Below the pieces are notes generated by a model that was not told the DNA's origin, ran no database searches, and saw nothing but the letters and a program-made list of their open reading frames with translations. A DNA stretch of 64,000 bases from an uncultured Candidatus Saccharibacteria bacterium (lineage in GTDB: Bacteria > Patescibacteriota > Doudnabacteria > UBA920): positions 135,636 through 199,635 of the forward strand of contig CAYLIB010000001.1 in assembly GCA_964384035.1 (NCBI GenBank), given 5' to 3'. Position numbers and translations under genes: made by a program. This document shows, one piece after another, positions 56,300 to 64,000 of this stretch; the stretch's first letter is position 1; every line of letters starts with the position of its first letter.

Positions 56300-58714
56300 A
56301 TGCCTATTATCGACATCACCGCCCAAGTCCGAGCCCGTCAAGAACAAGAACGGTTAAGCCAGCAGGCCGAGCAGGAAGCCAAAGAAGCCCCTGCCAAAGC
56401 CTGGTGGGGAAAAAACGGCACCTTCATTGAGGCGCATGTAACAACAAGATTGAAGCAACTAACTATCGGATCCACTCCAACTATAGAGGTGGATGGGCAC
56501 GAGGTAACATTCGTCACCCAGACTCTTCTGGGCGAACTACTAAACCAACCCTCAACCGAGGTTGCTCCCCAGATACAGTATTCCTGGGGGTGCGAGGTCT
56601 ACGTGGAAGGGTTCGAAACCCGGTTTCATTCCCACGTTAAGCACGAAGAAGTGCGACAAGGCTGGGGTTTAGTTAAACCCGGTGAACTGCGTCGGTGGGA
56701 CGAGAAAAATTTTACGGTAAGTGTTGAGTTTCAAATCCTTAATACGCATTCCGCAAAATTTACTCTAACTTGTCCGGTTGTCCCACAAGCCCCTGAGCTT
56801 AGGGGAGACCACGTCTTTCAATCGCTTATAGTTCAGCTCCCGAACGGTGAGGTCCTAGCTCAAGAGAACAATCTCACCAGACATGCGTTCAAGGGGCTAT
56901 GGGGTGACTTCGATGCAGAAAAATTAAAACTTCAAGGCATCGACCAAGAAGTTAAAAAGCTCGAAGCAATAATCAATCTAGAAACGCCAAAATGTGAGCT
57001 CTCTATGGTCGGAGTCACTCGCTACGAAAGTAGCGGCGCCCTGGTTGTAAAAGGTGATGTTTGGCACACGGGCCCCCCGGCCCAAAGTGTCCCATATCGC
57101 GTACAGGTAACAGCGTTGCTTTTCAATTTTTCCACTCCAACTTTTTCAAAGTCCGAAAAGGGAATTGGGGTGGACGATCTCAAGGTCGAAGTGAATCAAA
57201 AATTCGACCGTGAACAAATTAGAAAAAAAATTGAAAGCTATGTTACCGGGAAAATTCAAAACGCGGGCTTCCAAGTTAACGAGTACTCGCAAAAACTTAT
57301 TGACTCTTTGGTAGAAGCCTGCATAAAGGCAATGCCAAGGGTTGTAATTGAAAGCCAAGTTCTCGTGGTTGAAGAAGACCCATTCCAGCACAACCAAACC
57401 CGGGCAGAACAAGCCTACCCCGGCATGGGTATCTGCCCAAATGGACACGACGGGAAACTCCGAAAAGTTCTCCTCCCCGAAGTTGCAGAGTTTCTGGGAG
57501 TAAAAGGCGAACTTTTGGAAAATATTCCCGTGCAGTGGGGGTTGGGGCGAGTGGGCATGGGTTCACTCTTGAGTTTAGAAAACTTCACCGACCAACGTTT
57601 GGTTTTCGCAAGCCCTTTGCACCCAATAGGCGCTCGCTTTAAAGCGCAGGTAAAAACCCAAAACGGCAAAGCCAGCGCAACCACAGTTTTTAGTGCTAAT
57701 GTCATGCGCGACGTCACTCGTTACACCACAGGTGGCCCGGTAACCGAACCGGTCATTGTGGGAACCAAAAACGCCGAACATACATTCGCGGTGAGTCTCC
57801 CCGCAGGTTTCAAAGGCGACCTCAATGGTGAATATGAAATCGAGGTCTGCGACACTCACCAAAGACGCGGGACAGAATGTGTCTACATGGTCATTCTGCC
57901 AGAAGTGGCAGCAGACCAAGATGACTATTCAGTGACCGAAAGCTTTGTGGTTGGTATCGAAACCAGTGGTAGCCGCAGCTTCGAGCAAGTGTGGGTAATT
58001 TCCCCCAAAGGGAAATTTATTCCGCACTCTCGCGCCGAAGCAAGGGGAGGTAGGCGAGGCAGACCAGCAGACCGCACTCGCTACCACTGGGACTCCGCTC
58101 CTGCCGGGTGTCTCGTACTCACCCGGAGGCAGTCCAATTACGGCTACACCCACTCAGTGGAGTTCGTGGTCGTAAGGAAACCAGGGATTATCTCAAAAGA
58201 GCAACTGAGTGCAGTCGAAGTAATTCTCCAGAATACAACCAACTGGAAATACTTCGTCGGCTCCCAAGTTCGGTGGGATCTCTCCAAAGTGGGAAGCGTC
58301 ACCTTCACCACCGAACGGGAAGCAGGTCGTGATGATCTGGAAGATTTTATCCGCCAGATCAGCACCGCCCCGGTAAACCCGTTCGACTACGAGATCAAAC
58401 GGGAAGCAATACCTCCGGATTCCGAATTGAGGTCTCCGGCCGGTGTCCGCTTCACCGTCTATCCACTAAAAGCAGGTAACCAAATCCCACCCACAGAACT
58501 TTCTGCGCCAGTGGGTGAGGCTGAAACCGAGGGCGTCAAATTCGAACTCATGCCTTCCTCTCCTGGCTGGCTTCGCTGCAGCTGCGGGCGAGCCGAAATG
58601 TATTGGAAGAAGGCCGAGTGGAAAGCGCTCGAGCCCGAATCCAAACACACCGTAACCTGTAAGGGTTGCAGGGGAGTGGGCGAAATTCAAAAACCAAAGG
58701 AGGTAAAAAACTAA
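56300..58714 (+). CDS. 804-aa hypothetical protein with a C-terminal Zn ribbon (cargo)
   Basis: SD AAGGAG before ATG 56300; C-terminal GWLRCSC...KKAEWKAL...VTCKGC. Confidence 0.8.
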   Translation: MPIIDITAQVRARQEQERLSQQAEQEAKEAPAKAWWGKNGTFIEAHVTTRLKQLTIGSTPTIEVDGHEVTFVTQTLLGELLNQPSTEVAPQIQYSWGCEVYVEGFETRFHSHVKHEEVRQGWGLVKPGELRRWDEKNFTVSVEFQILNTHSAKFTLTCPVVPQAPELRGDHVFQSLIVQLPNGEVLAQENNLTRHAFKGLWGDFDAEKLKLQGIDQEVKKLEAIINLETPKCELSMVGVTRYESSGALVVKGDVWHTGPPAQSVPYRVQVTALLFNFSTPTFSKSEKGIGVDDLKVEVNQKFDREQIRKKIESYVTGKIQNAGFQVNEYSQKLIDSLVEACIKAMPRVVIESQVLVVEEDPFQHNQTRAEQAYPGMGICPNGHDGKLRKVLLPEVAEFLGVKGELLENIPVQWGLGRVGMGSLLSLENFTDQRLVFASPLHPIGARFKAQVKTQNGKASATTVFSANVMRDVTRYTTGGPVTEPVIVGTKNAEHTFAVSLPAGFKGDLNGEYEIEVCDTHQRRGTECVYMVILPEVAADQDDYSVTESFVVGIETSGSRSFEQVWVISPKGKFIPHSRAEARGGRRGRPADRTRYHWDSAPAGCLVLTRRQSNYGYTHSVEFVVVRKPGIISKEQLSAVEVILQNTTNWKYFVGSQVRWDLSKVGSVTFTTEREAGRDDLEDFIRQISTAPVNPFDYEIKREAIPPDSELRSPAGVRFTVYPLKAGNQIPPTELSAPVGEAETEGVKFELMPSSPGWLRCSCGRAEMYWKKAEWKALEPESKHTVTCKGCRGVGEIQKPKEVKN

Positions 58715-58836
58715 CACGAGGGTCACCCTCATCACACACCGGGGACGATAAAACATACGTCCCCCTCTTTTTCCAGCCTGTGACCACCATCGTCGTCGGC
58801 ATGGAAATTGAGAAAAATTTTATAAGGAGAAAAATT

Positions 58837-59514
58837 ATGGAGCTAACTAATCAGGAGTTATTCTGGGTAGCGGTAGCAATGTTACCGCAGGGTTCAAAAA
58901 GAAGAGTTAGGCTAGAGCGTATGCAAGAAGAATCAGAACTGTGCCTGGTATGTGGGTACATCGACCAAGGTGACCCAGTTCACAAAGTACACGGCGAGAA
59001 AGTTTTGGAATACCTACGAGAATTAGAAGCCGGTCTAAAAGTATGTTGCGCCGCATACCCCAACTGTCACAACGACCCTGGCGGATATGTGCTAATAGGC
59101 GGTCCTGAGGAGATTAGGTTTTGCTCCGACTTCTGTCGGTTGAGTCTAATGAATCCAAAAAAATACAAAAAACTCCTCGCCCAAACCCCTAAGGAAGGAG
59201 AGGTGGAAAACTTCGAAAAGAAGTTAAAGAAAATTCCTCTCAAAGCAATAAAAAAAGCCGTGGGTGAAACCGAACAAAGAGAGGGGATAGACGTCCCCAC
59301 TAGTATTACGGAAAAAGACAGAGAATCTGTTATAAAATATTTACTAGTAGTAAGGTCTGTTGAATCCGGTGCATGGGATTGGATAAACCATCCCGATAGA
59401 CTTTACGCCAACATTACCAAAATCGAAGGCTTAACAATTTACGGTCACGTTTTCTACGATGACCAAGAGGACTTCGAGGAGGTCGAAATAGACCTCACTT
59501 TTTCAGGGGATTAA
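58837..59514 (+). CDS. Cys-rich putative Zn-binding protein (cargo)
   Basis: SD AAGGAG before ATG 58837; CLVC, CC....C and CSDFC. Confidence 0.7.
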   Translation: MELTNQELFWVAVAMLPQGSKRRVRLERMQEESELCLVCGYIDQGDPVHKVHGEKVLEYLRELEAGLKVCCAAYPNCHNDPGGYVLIGGPEEIRFCSDFCRLSLMNPKKYKKLLAQTPKEGEVENFEKKLKKIPLKAIKKAVGETEQREGIDVPTSITEKDRESVIKYLLVVRSVESGAWDWINHPDRLYANITKIEGLTIYGHVFYDDQEDFEEVEIDLTFSGD

Positions 59515-59577
59515 AAAAATCCCTTGCTTTTTTTATTCCCCCGGATTTCGCTATACTATCTCTATAATAAAAAACCT

Positions 59578-60744
59578 ATGCCCGAAACCCATCACGCAGA
59601 ATATGATTTTCCAGAATTTCGCATCCCTTCTGAGACAGAATTCATAGAATACCAAGAAGGTAAAGAAGCGGAATATATAAACTCGATACTAGATATTAAA
59701 ACAGCAGAAAAAATACCAGAACGCGCCAAGGTCCCACTGGTAAGGTTTCTACAAAAATATGCAGAATACCCAACAGGTGCAACAGCACAGCTCCGTTTCG
59801 GAATACAAAGGCTGCCCGAAAAAGCTCGGATAGAGCTATTAAGTGGGTTCGCTGCAGCAGATATAAGTGAAGACTACGCCCTAACACTTGTTTCTCTTGC
59901 GCGCAACGTAAGAGACACTCGTGCAGTATCCGAATTAATGTCTACGTTTAACGCAATTCTAGACAACGCCGAAAAAGTAGACGACTTTTTGGGAGAATCA
60001 TATAAGTCGGAAGGTGTAGACAAAGAAGCAATGAGCACAGCCGCCAAGCAAAGCCTTGTACGTCGTGCAGCACGTGTCCTGAGTAACCAAGGGATAGGTA
60101 TAGGCCTTAGTTCTATAACAATTGAGCAAGCACGCAAAGAGCTTACACATATTAACGCAGACGCGCTGCTAACCACACAAACCATTCGAGCAGCACTTGA
60201 AAACGATTCAGAGTTTACATTAGAAAAGCTTAAAACGCTCACCATAGAATCCGGCTACGGAAACAATATACCACCAGAAAATATTCAAGCTCTCATAGAA
60301 ATAAACACAGAAAATTGGACAACCAAAGAAGGGAAAGAAAAAACTTCAAGTGAGTATATCGAAGAATTGAATCGTAAATTTGAAGAGCTAAAAAATAACC
60401 CCAATGCAAAGCTTGCGGTATTAAAAGACAAAGAAGAGATAGTCGCCGGAGTCTATTATATAGACGAGCGCGGCGAAGACGGAGAGATAAAGAGTATATA
60501 TGCCGGCGGGTTTAACGTACGCAAAAGCTATCAGAAAGAAAAAGTGGGTGAGTTATTTTTGAGCCAAACGCTTGCCGACGAACGAAAAAGAAACTTAAAA
60601 ATAAGAAGCATAACCAGTCCCAACCAACCTATGCTTCCTAAGTATATAAAAATGGGTTTTAAAGAAGGACGACATTTTACTTTAGAAACTGGCGAACCCA
60701 GAGTAGAGCTAGAAATTCCACCCGATGCATCACGCCCCGCCTAA
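59578..60744 (+). CDS. 388-aa modular protein: shared helical domain plus C-terminal GNAT acetyltransferase
   Basis: IYAGGFNVRKSYQKEKVGELFL (GNAT motif A) and YIKMGF (motif B); -10 TATAAT close to ATG 59578. Confidence 0.75.
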   Translation: MPETHHAEYDFPEFRIPSETEFIEYQEGKEAEYINSILDIKTAEKIPERAKVPLVRFLQKYAEYPTGATAQLRFGIQRLPEKARIELLSGFAAADISEDYALTLVSLARNVRDTRAVSELMSTFNAILDNAEKVDDFLGESYKSEGVDKEAMSTAAKQSLVRRAARVLSNQGIGIGLSSITIEQARKELTHINADALLTTQTIRAALENDSEFTLEKLKTLTIESGYGNNIPPENIQALIEINTENWTTKEGKEKTSSEYIEELNRKFEELKNNPNAKLAVLKDKEEIVAGVYYIDERGEDGEIKSIYAGGFNVRKSYQKEKVGELFLSQTLADERKRNLKIRSITSPNQPMLPKYIKMGFKEGRHFTLETGEPRVELEIPPDASRPA

Positions 60745-60755
60745 CGCGGGGTTTT
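60735..60755. terminator. Terminator between convergent genes
   Basis: ccccgc-ctaac-gcgggg-tttt. Confidence 0.6.
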
Positions 60756-61539
60756 ATAATGCCCGCGCCTTCTCCCATGTAAACTCGTACAACTGTCTAT
60801 GCAATTCAGCTATATGAGCGTCTTCAATAATAACTCCAATATATTTGTCCTTCTCAAACGTCATATAGCTAATCTTATTGTCGTAAATCTGAAGCATGCT
60901 CTTAAACTGCATGGGGGAGTGGACACGGTCTACTAAGCGAATGTCTGTAATATCACGGTGGTAGTCTGCTAAATACGCACGGTTCTCCAAAGAATCATTC
61001 ACCAAATTTCGTTTCTTTATTTTAAGTCGTCTACGGACCTTAACGTATTCATCGTTAAGGTCTTTTAAATGCGCCTGAATAACCGACATATCCAAATAGG
61101 CAAGTATCTCACCTTTGGCAGTTAAGTTATCGAATGCCACCGTACGAATTCCTTCCAGTCCTTCAAAAAATTGCACCGAAGGTTTCCCAACCGACAAGTT
61201 GTACTCAGAAGAAAGTGTCCCCATAACAGCAGCCAGCGACTCTTTAGCGGTTTGTGCTTCTTTTTCGCGTCGTGCAATAAGCTCCTCTAAGTGTCTCGGG
61301 TGATTCGCCTCAAACAAAGCCACCTTCCCCGGTTCATCTTTCTTTACAACAAGCTCAAGTTCTAATAATTGATCCAGAATCCGATATGCGATAACCCGTT
61401 CCATCTGTACTGCACTAGCCAATTTACTAGCAGTACTCGCACCACTCTTAAGAAGCGATTCATACACCAAAGCCTGCTGGTCAGTTAAGCCGGCCAACGT
61501 TAAATGTTCAAAGTATGTATGTGAGTGGGGGATGTTCAT
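60754..61539 (-). CDS. TrmB-family transcriptional regulator (TrmB7)
   Basis: LAGLTDQQALVYESLLKSG HTH; KPSVQFFEGLEG linker; LQIYDNKISY; C-terminal domain most similar to TrmB4. Confidence 0.9.
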   Translation of the reverse strand: MNIPHSHTYFEHLTLAGLTDQQALVYESLLKSGASTASKLASAVQMERVIAYRILDQLLELELVVKKDEPGKVALFEANHPRHLEELIARREKEAQTAKESLAAVMGTLSSEYNLSVGKPSVQFFEGLEGIRTVAFDNLTAKGEILAYLDMSVIQAHLKDLNDEYVKVRRRLKIKKRNLVNDSLENRAYLADYHRDITDIRLVDRVHSPMQFKSMLQIYDNKISYMTFEKDKYIGVIIEDAHIAELHRQLYEFTWEKARAL

Positions 61540-61664
61540 ATGTTGCGTTAGGGTATGTAAGAAATCACACATACCATAGATTCCTGTTACCCGAATAAAT
61601 GAAAACCATTCATTCCGAGCCTAAGAAACTCTTTTCTATAAACTATTATATCACAACAAGATAA

Positions 61665-61795
61665 TTTTGTAAAACAAAAAGTTACAAAAACATATAAATA
61701 AAATAAGCAAAATGTGCTTATTATATTAAATAATATTACAAATACAAATATTTTGTATCAATATTATTGACATTTATATAAATTTATGGCATACT
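61665..61795 (+). promoter_or_regulatory. Operator-like palindrome and sigma70 promoter of cargo G
   Basis: TTTGTAA-N9-TTACAAA at 61665-61689; TTGACA-17-CATACT at 61767-61795. Confidence 0.7.
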
Positions 61796-61823
61796 ATCAC
61801 TTAAACCAAAACGCAAAAAAACC

Positions 61824-61887
61824 GAACTCCAAAGCAAGCGCTAAGGTATTCATATCTAAAAACTACAACGCGGCCTCAGCCGCAAAA
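61824..61887 (+). ncRNA. Structured leader RNA type 2 (copy G)
   Basis: gaactcc-aaagcaagcgctaa-ggtattc plus gcgg-cctcag-ccgc. Confidence 0.55.
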
Positions 61888-61899
61888 TAAGGAGAGAAA

Positions 61900-63432
61900 A
61901 TGACTAATCTTAAAAAAGCAGAATCAATTATTTGGTCCGATGGTAACAAAGTTTCGCGAGTAATCGAATCCCAAGTGGGAACTTTGATAATGTACGGAGG
62001 ACGATGGGGGATCGTCCACAAGAGCAGTCTGAATGGTCATGTGATCATGAGTGACGCATTTCTTACATCATGCTCGTACCACAACGTTGATATCACCACG
62101 CCACTCCCCACTGAACTAACGGTATTGACTTATAGTGGTAAAGCCACGGGTCACGGACGGCTTTCGGCAGGGAGTCCGGTGCTCGAAGGTACCACGATCA
62201 TTCCGGCTGGTACCGAGATTGCCAAGGCGCTAACTACCAAAGGCGAGCACCCGTGTTGGGTATCCTCAGTTCTGGAAGTGGGAGAGGGAAAACTAGTTAG
62301 TGTCCTGGATATCGGTAACCATGGCGGCTGGTTCGGAATGAGATTCTCTGGGGAGAGCTCAAGTGCTCCTAATCTCCAGCTTTCATCCGAAGATGATCAG
62401 GTGACTCTGGTCAACTTCCATTTCGACAGCGACGACCGGTACATGGCCCGACGGGTAGTGCTCAACAAAGGCTGGGTCCGCGAAGCCGAGCCAGAATTTC
62501 ATGAAGTGGTTGAAGGAGCGCCCACCGAGGTTCTGGTGGAGTGGCTGGTTACAGGGGACCGCAAGCACCCCTTCTCCGACCATTTGAAAAAACTCCGCGT
62601 AGCGCTTCATGAGTTCGAGTTGCGTCGTGAGCTCAGTGACGGCAAGCGCCGCCATTATAGTGATCAGGGTAGGTACGAATGGAAGACAGTGCAGGAAGCT
62701 GCCATCGCCTATCTAGGTAAAGATGTTCGAAAAGCATCGCAGATCCCAAGCGATGCAAAAATCGAACTCGAGACTCTCGTTCCAGCCGAGCTCTGGGCCC
62801 AGCGCGAAACCTTGGACACGATCGAAATTCCGGGACTCGGGCGCAAGCAGCTCGAGCACCCTAAAGACTACGGTGGACTTGGTTCGTCTGCCAGAGCCGA
62901 AGTCCGGCTCACGCGGGACGAGGCAAAGAAGGTCACGTCGTGGCCATTCCTCGACGTAGTTCTAATTGTGGACGGCACCGCGCCATTCACACATTGGTCC
63001 CACGTGATATACGATGGGATGTACACACCTAAGCAGCGCTGGTTCCACGCGTCAACCGAACTAGGGTTGATCCAGTATGGAGAATACAGTGTCGGATCGG
63101 AAGTCAAAACGATATCAATCGAAGGGAAAGGCATGAAGAAAGATGTTCCGACCGAAGCGATCTCCGTTGATCAACCGCTCACCGGACAGAATATAGATAT
63201 CTTTCACGCCGTCCTGAAATCAGGCGACCGTGCAGAAATCTATGGGGACTGCGGAGTCGGTCGCACGTTGGTCTTCGAGGAGCAGGGAGTCGCGCACGTC
63301 GTAATCCGGCGAGTGTCGGCCGGGTCAAAGACCCGGTACTACATCGCTACCGTGAGCAGTGATGGGGTTTTCGGCCCAGCTCCGGCTGGGATGGCAGTAA
63401 GCGACCAGGGGGTCGCATACTGGGAAGACTAA
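61900..63432 (+). CDS. 510-aa hypothetical protein (cargo)
   Basis: SD AAGGAG; GC-richer; no confident domain. Confidence 0.8.
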   Translation: MTNLKKAESIIWSDGNKVSRVIESQVGTLIMYGGRWGIVHKSSLNGHVIMSDAFLTSCSYHNVDITTPLPTELTVLTYSGKATGHGRLSAGSPVLEGTTIIPAGTEIAKALTTKGEHPCWVSSVLEVGEGKLVSVLDIGNHGGWFGMRFSGESSSAPNLQLSSEDDQVTLVNFHFDSDDRYMARRVVLNKGWVREAEPEFHEVVEGAPTEVLVEWLVTGDRKHPFSDHLKKLRVALHEFELRRELSDGKRRHYSDQGRYEWKTVQEAAIAYLGKDVRKASQIPSDAKIELETLVPAELWAQRETLDTIEIPGLGRKQLEHPKDYGGLGSSARAEVRLTRDEAKKVTSWPFLDVVLIVDGTAPFTHWSHVIYDGMYTPKQRWFHASTELGLIQYGEYSVGSEVKTISIEGKGMKKDVPTEAISVDQPLTGQNIDIFHAVLKSGDRAEIYGDCGVGRTLVFEEQGVAHVVIRRVSAGSKTRYYIATVSSDGVFGPAPAGMAVSDQGVAYWED

Positions 63433-63439
63433 TTCACAA

Positions 63440-63472
63440 AGTGGCAATGATCCTCATTGCCACTATTTTTTT
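63440..63472 (+). terminator. Intrinsic terminator
   Basis: agtggcaatg-atcct-cattgccact followed by a T tract. Confidence 0.8.
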
Positions 63473-63667
63473 CGAAGATCACATAATGTGTATAGATACC
63501 ACAACTTTCAATTATACGATGATTAATGTAAGCCTAAATTTCATTTAGCTATAAACTATGCGAAGGGTCTTTAAGTAAAAATTTTGCAAGCATAACTTGT
63601 CACATTAAAGTGTCCCAAGTGACTTTCTCAGTTCCAACAATTACTTGCTATAATTACTTATCTATAT

Positions 63668-64000
63668 ATGCTTTCTACACTACTTAAAACTATAAATCCC
63701 AATGTCATTGTCGATCTTTTTGCCGAAGCCAAACGAAGAAGAGAAGGTCAAGATCCGCAGGTCCGGACACTAATTTTAATAAGTGGTGGTGGGGCATCTG
63801 GGGCCATTGGTGCCGCACAAATGGAAGTCTTATTTGAGCATGGTCTAGATATTGCAGTAGACAAAATATACGGACAATCTACTGGAGCAGCTATAGCATC
63901 GTATGCCACATCAAAAGATAGTTTAGAGATAGGCAAAAAAAATTACGAAGAATTTGTTTCGGGTGCGCGTACTTTGCACAGTTCAGGGAGGAGATTCTTT
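63668..64000 (+). CDS. Patatin-like phospholipase (5' part, runs off the window)
   Basis: Open frame from ATG 63668 with the ISGGGASG oxyanion motif and the GQSTG nucleophile elbow. Confidence 0.8.
   Translation, partial: MLSTLLKTINPNVIVDLFAEAKRRREGQDPQVRTLILISGGGASGAIGAAQMEVLFEHGLDIAVDKIYGQSTGAAIASYATSKDSLEIGKKNYEEFVSGARTLHSSGRRFF

Noticed and set aside
1-64000. CRISPR array, tRNA or rRNA genes
   Set aside because: I found no regularly spaced 25-45 nt repeats, cloverleaf/T-loop signatures or rRNA-like sequence by eye, despite the AcrIII-1-like gene.
1-64000. Alternative genetic code (UGA=Gly, as in Gracilibacteria/Absconditabacteria)
   Set aside because: Core genes such as polA and recQ are full length under code 11, and TGA serves as an apparent stop (e.g. 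54338, 56051).

Overview
This window looks like a bacterial chromosome segment from Patescibacteria/CPR. That assignment is an inference from near-leaderless core genes without SD sites, a GspE/PilB ATPase and expanded TrmB regulators; the genetic code reads as standard code 11. Core genes are a VanW-family protein, tsaE, a DHH/NrnA-like protein, a PilB-like ATPase, polA and recQ, plus a 1396-aa PA14-domain surface protein and a partial patatin. From about 11.5 to 63.5 kb the window is dominated by a repeated module. Seven TrmB-family regulators (plus one 3' remnant) each sit head-to-head with 'cargo' genes that carry strong Shine-Dalgarno sites. In five modules the TrmB is also tail-to-tail with a large enzyme-domain protein (2 SAM-methyltransferase-like, 2 GNAT-like, 1 cyclodipeptide-synthase-like), and four of these five share an unnamed helical domain. 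In those five modules the cargo genes have near-consensus sigma70 promoters and structured leaders, and two leader types each occur twice. Operator-like palindromes lie near every TrmB. Cargo includes a DUF1874/AcrIII-1-like ring nuclease candidate, a DEAH helicase with permuted motif order, two DHH-like phosphoesterases, a DEDD exonuclease and two ~805-aa proteins sharing a C-terminal Zn ribbon. I saw no integrase, transposase, phage structural gene, tRNA, rRNA or CRISPR array. All family calls are by-eye motif recognition, not database results.
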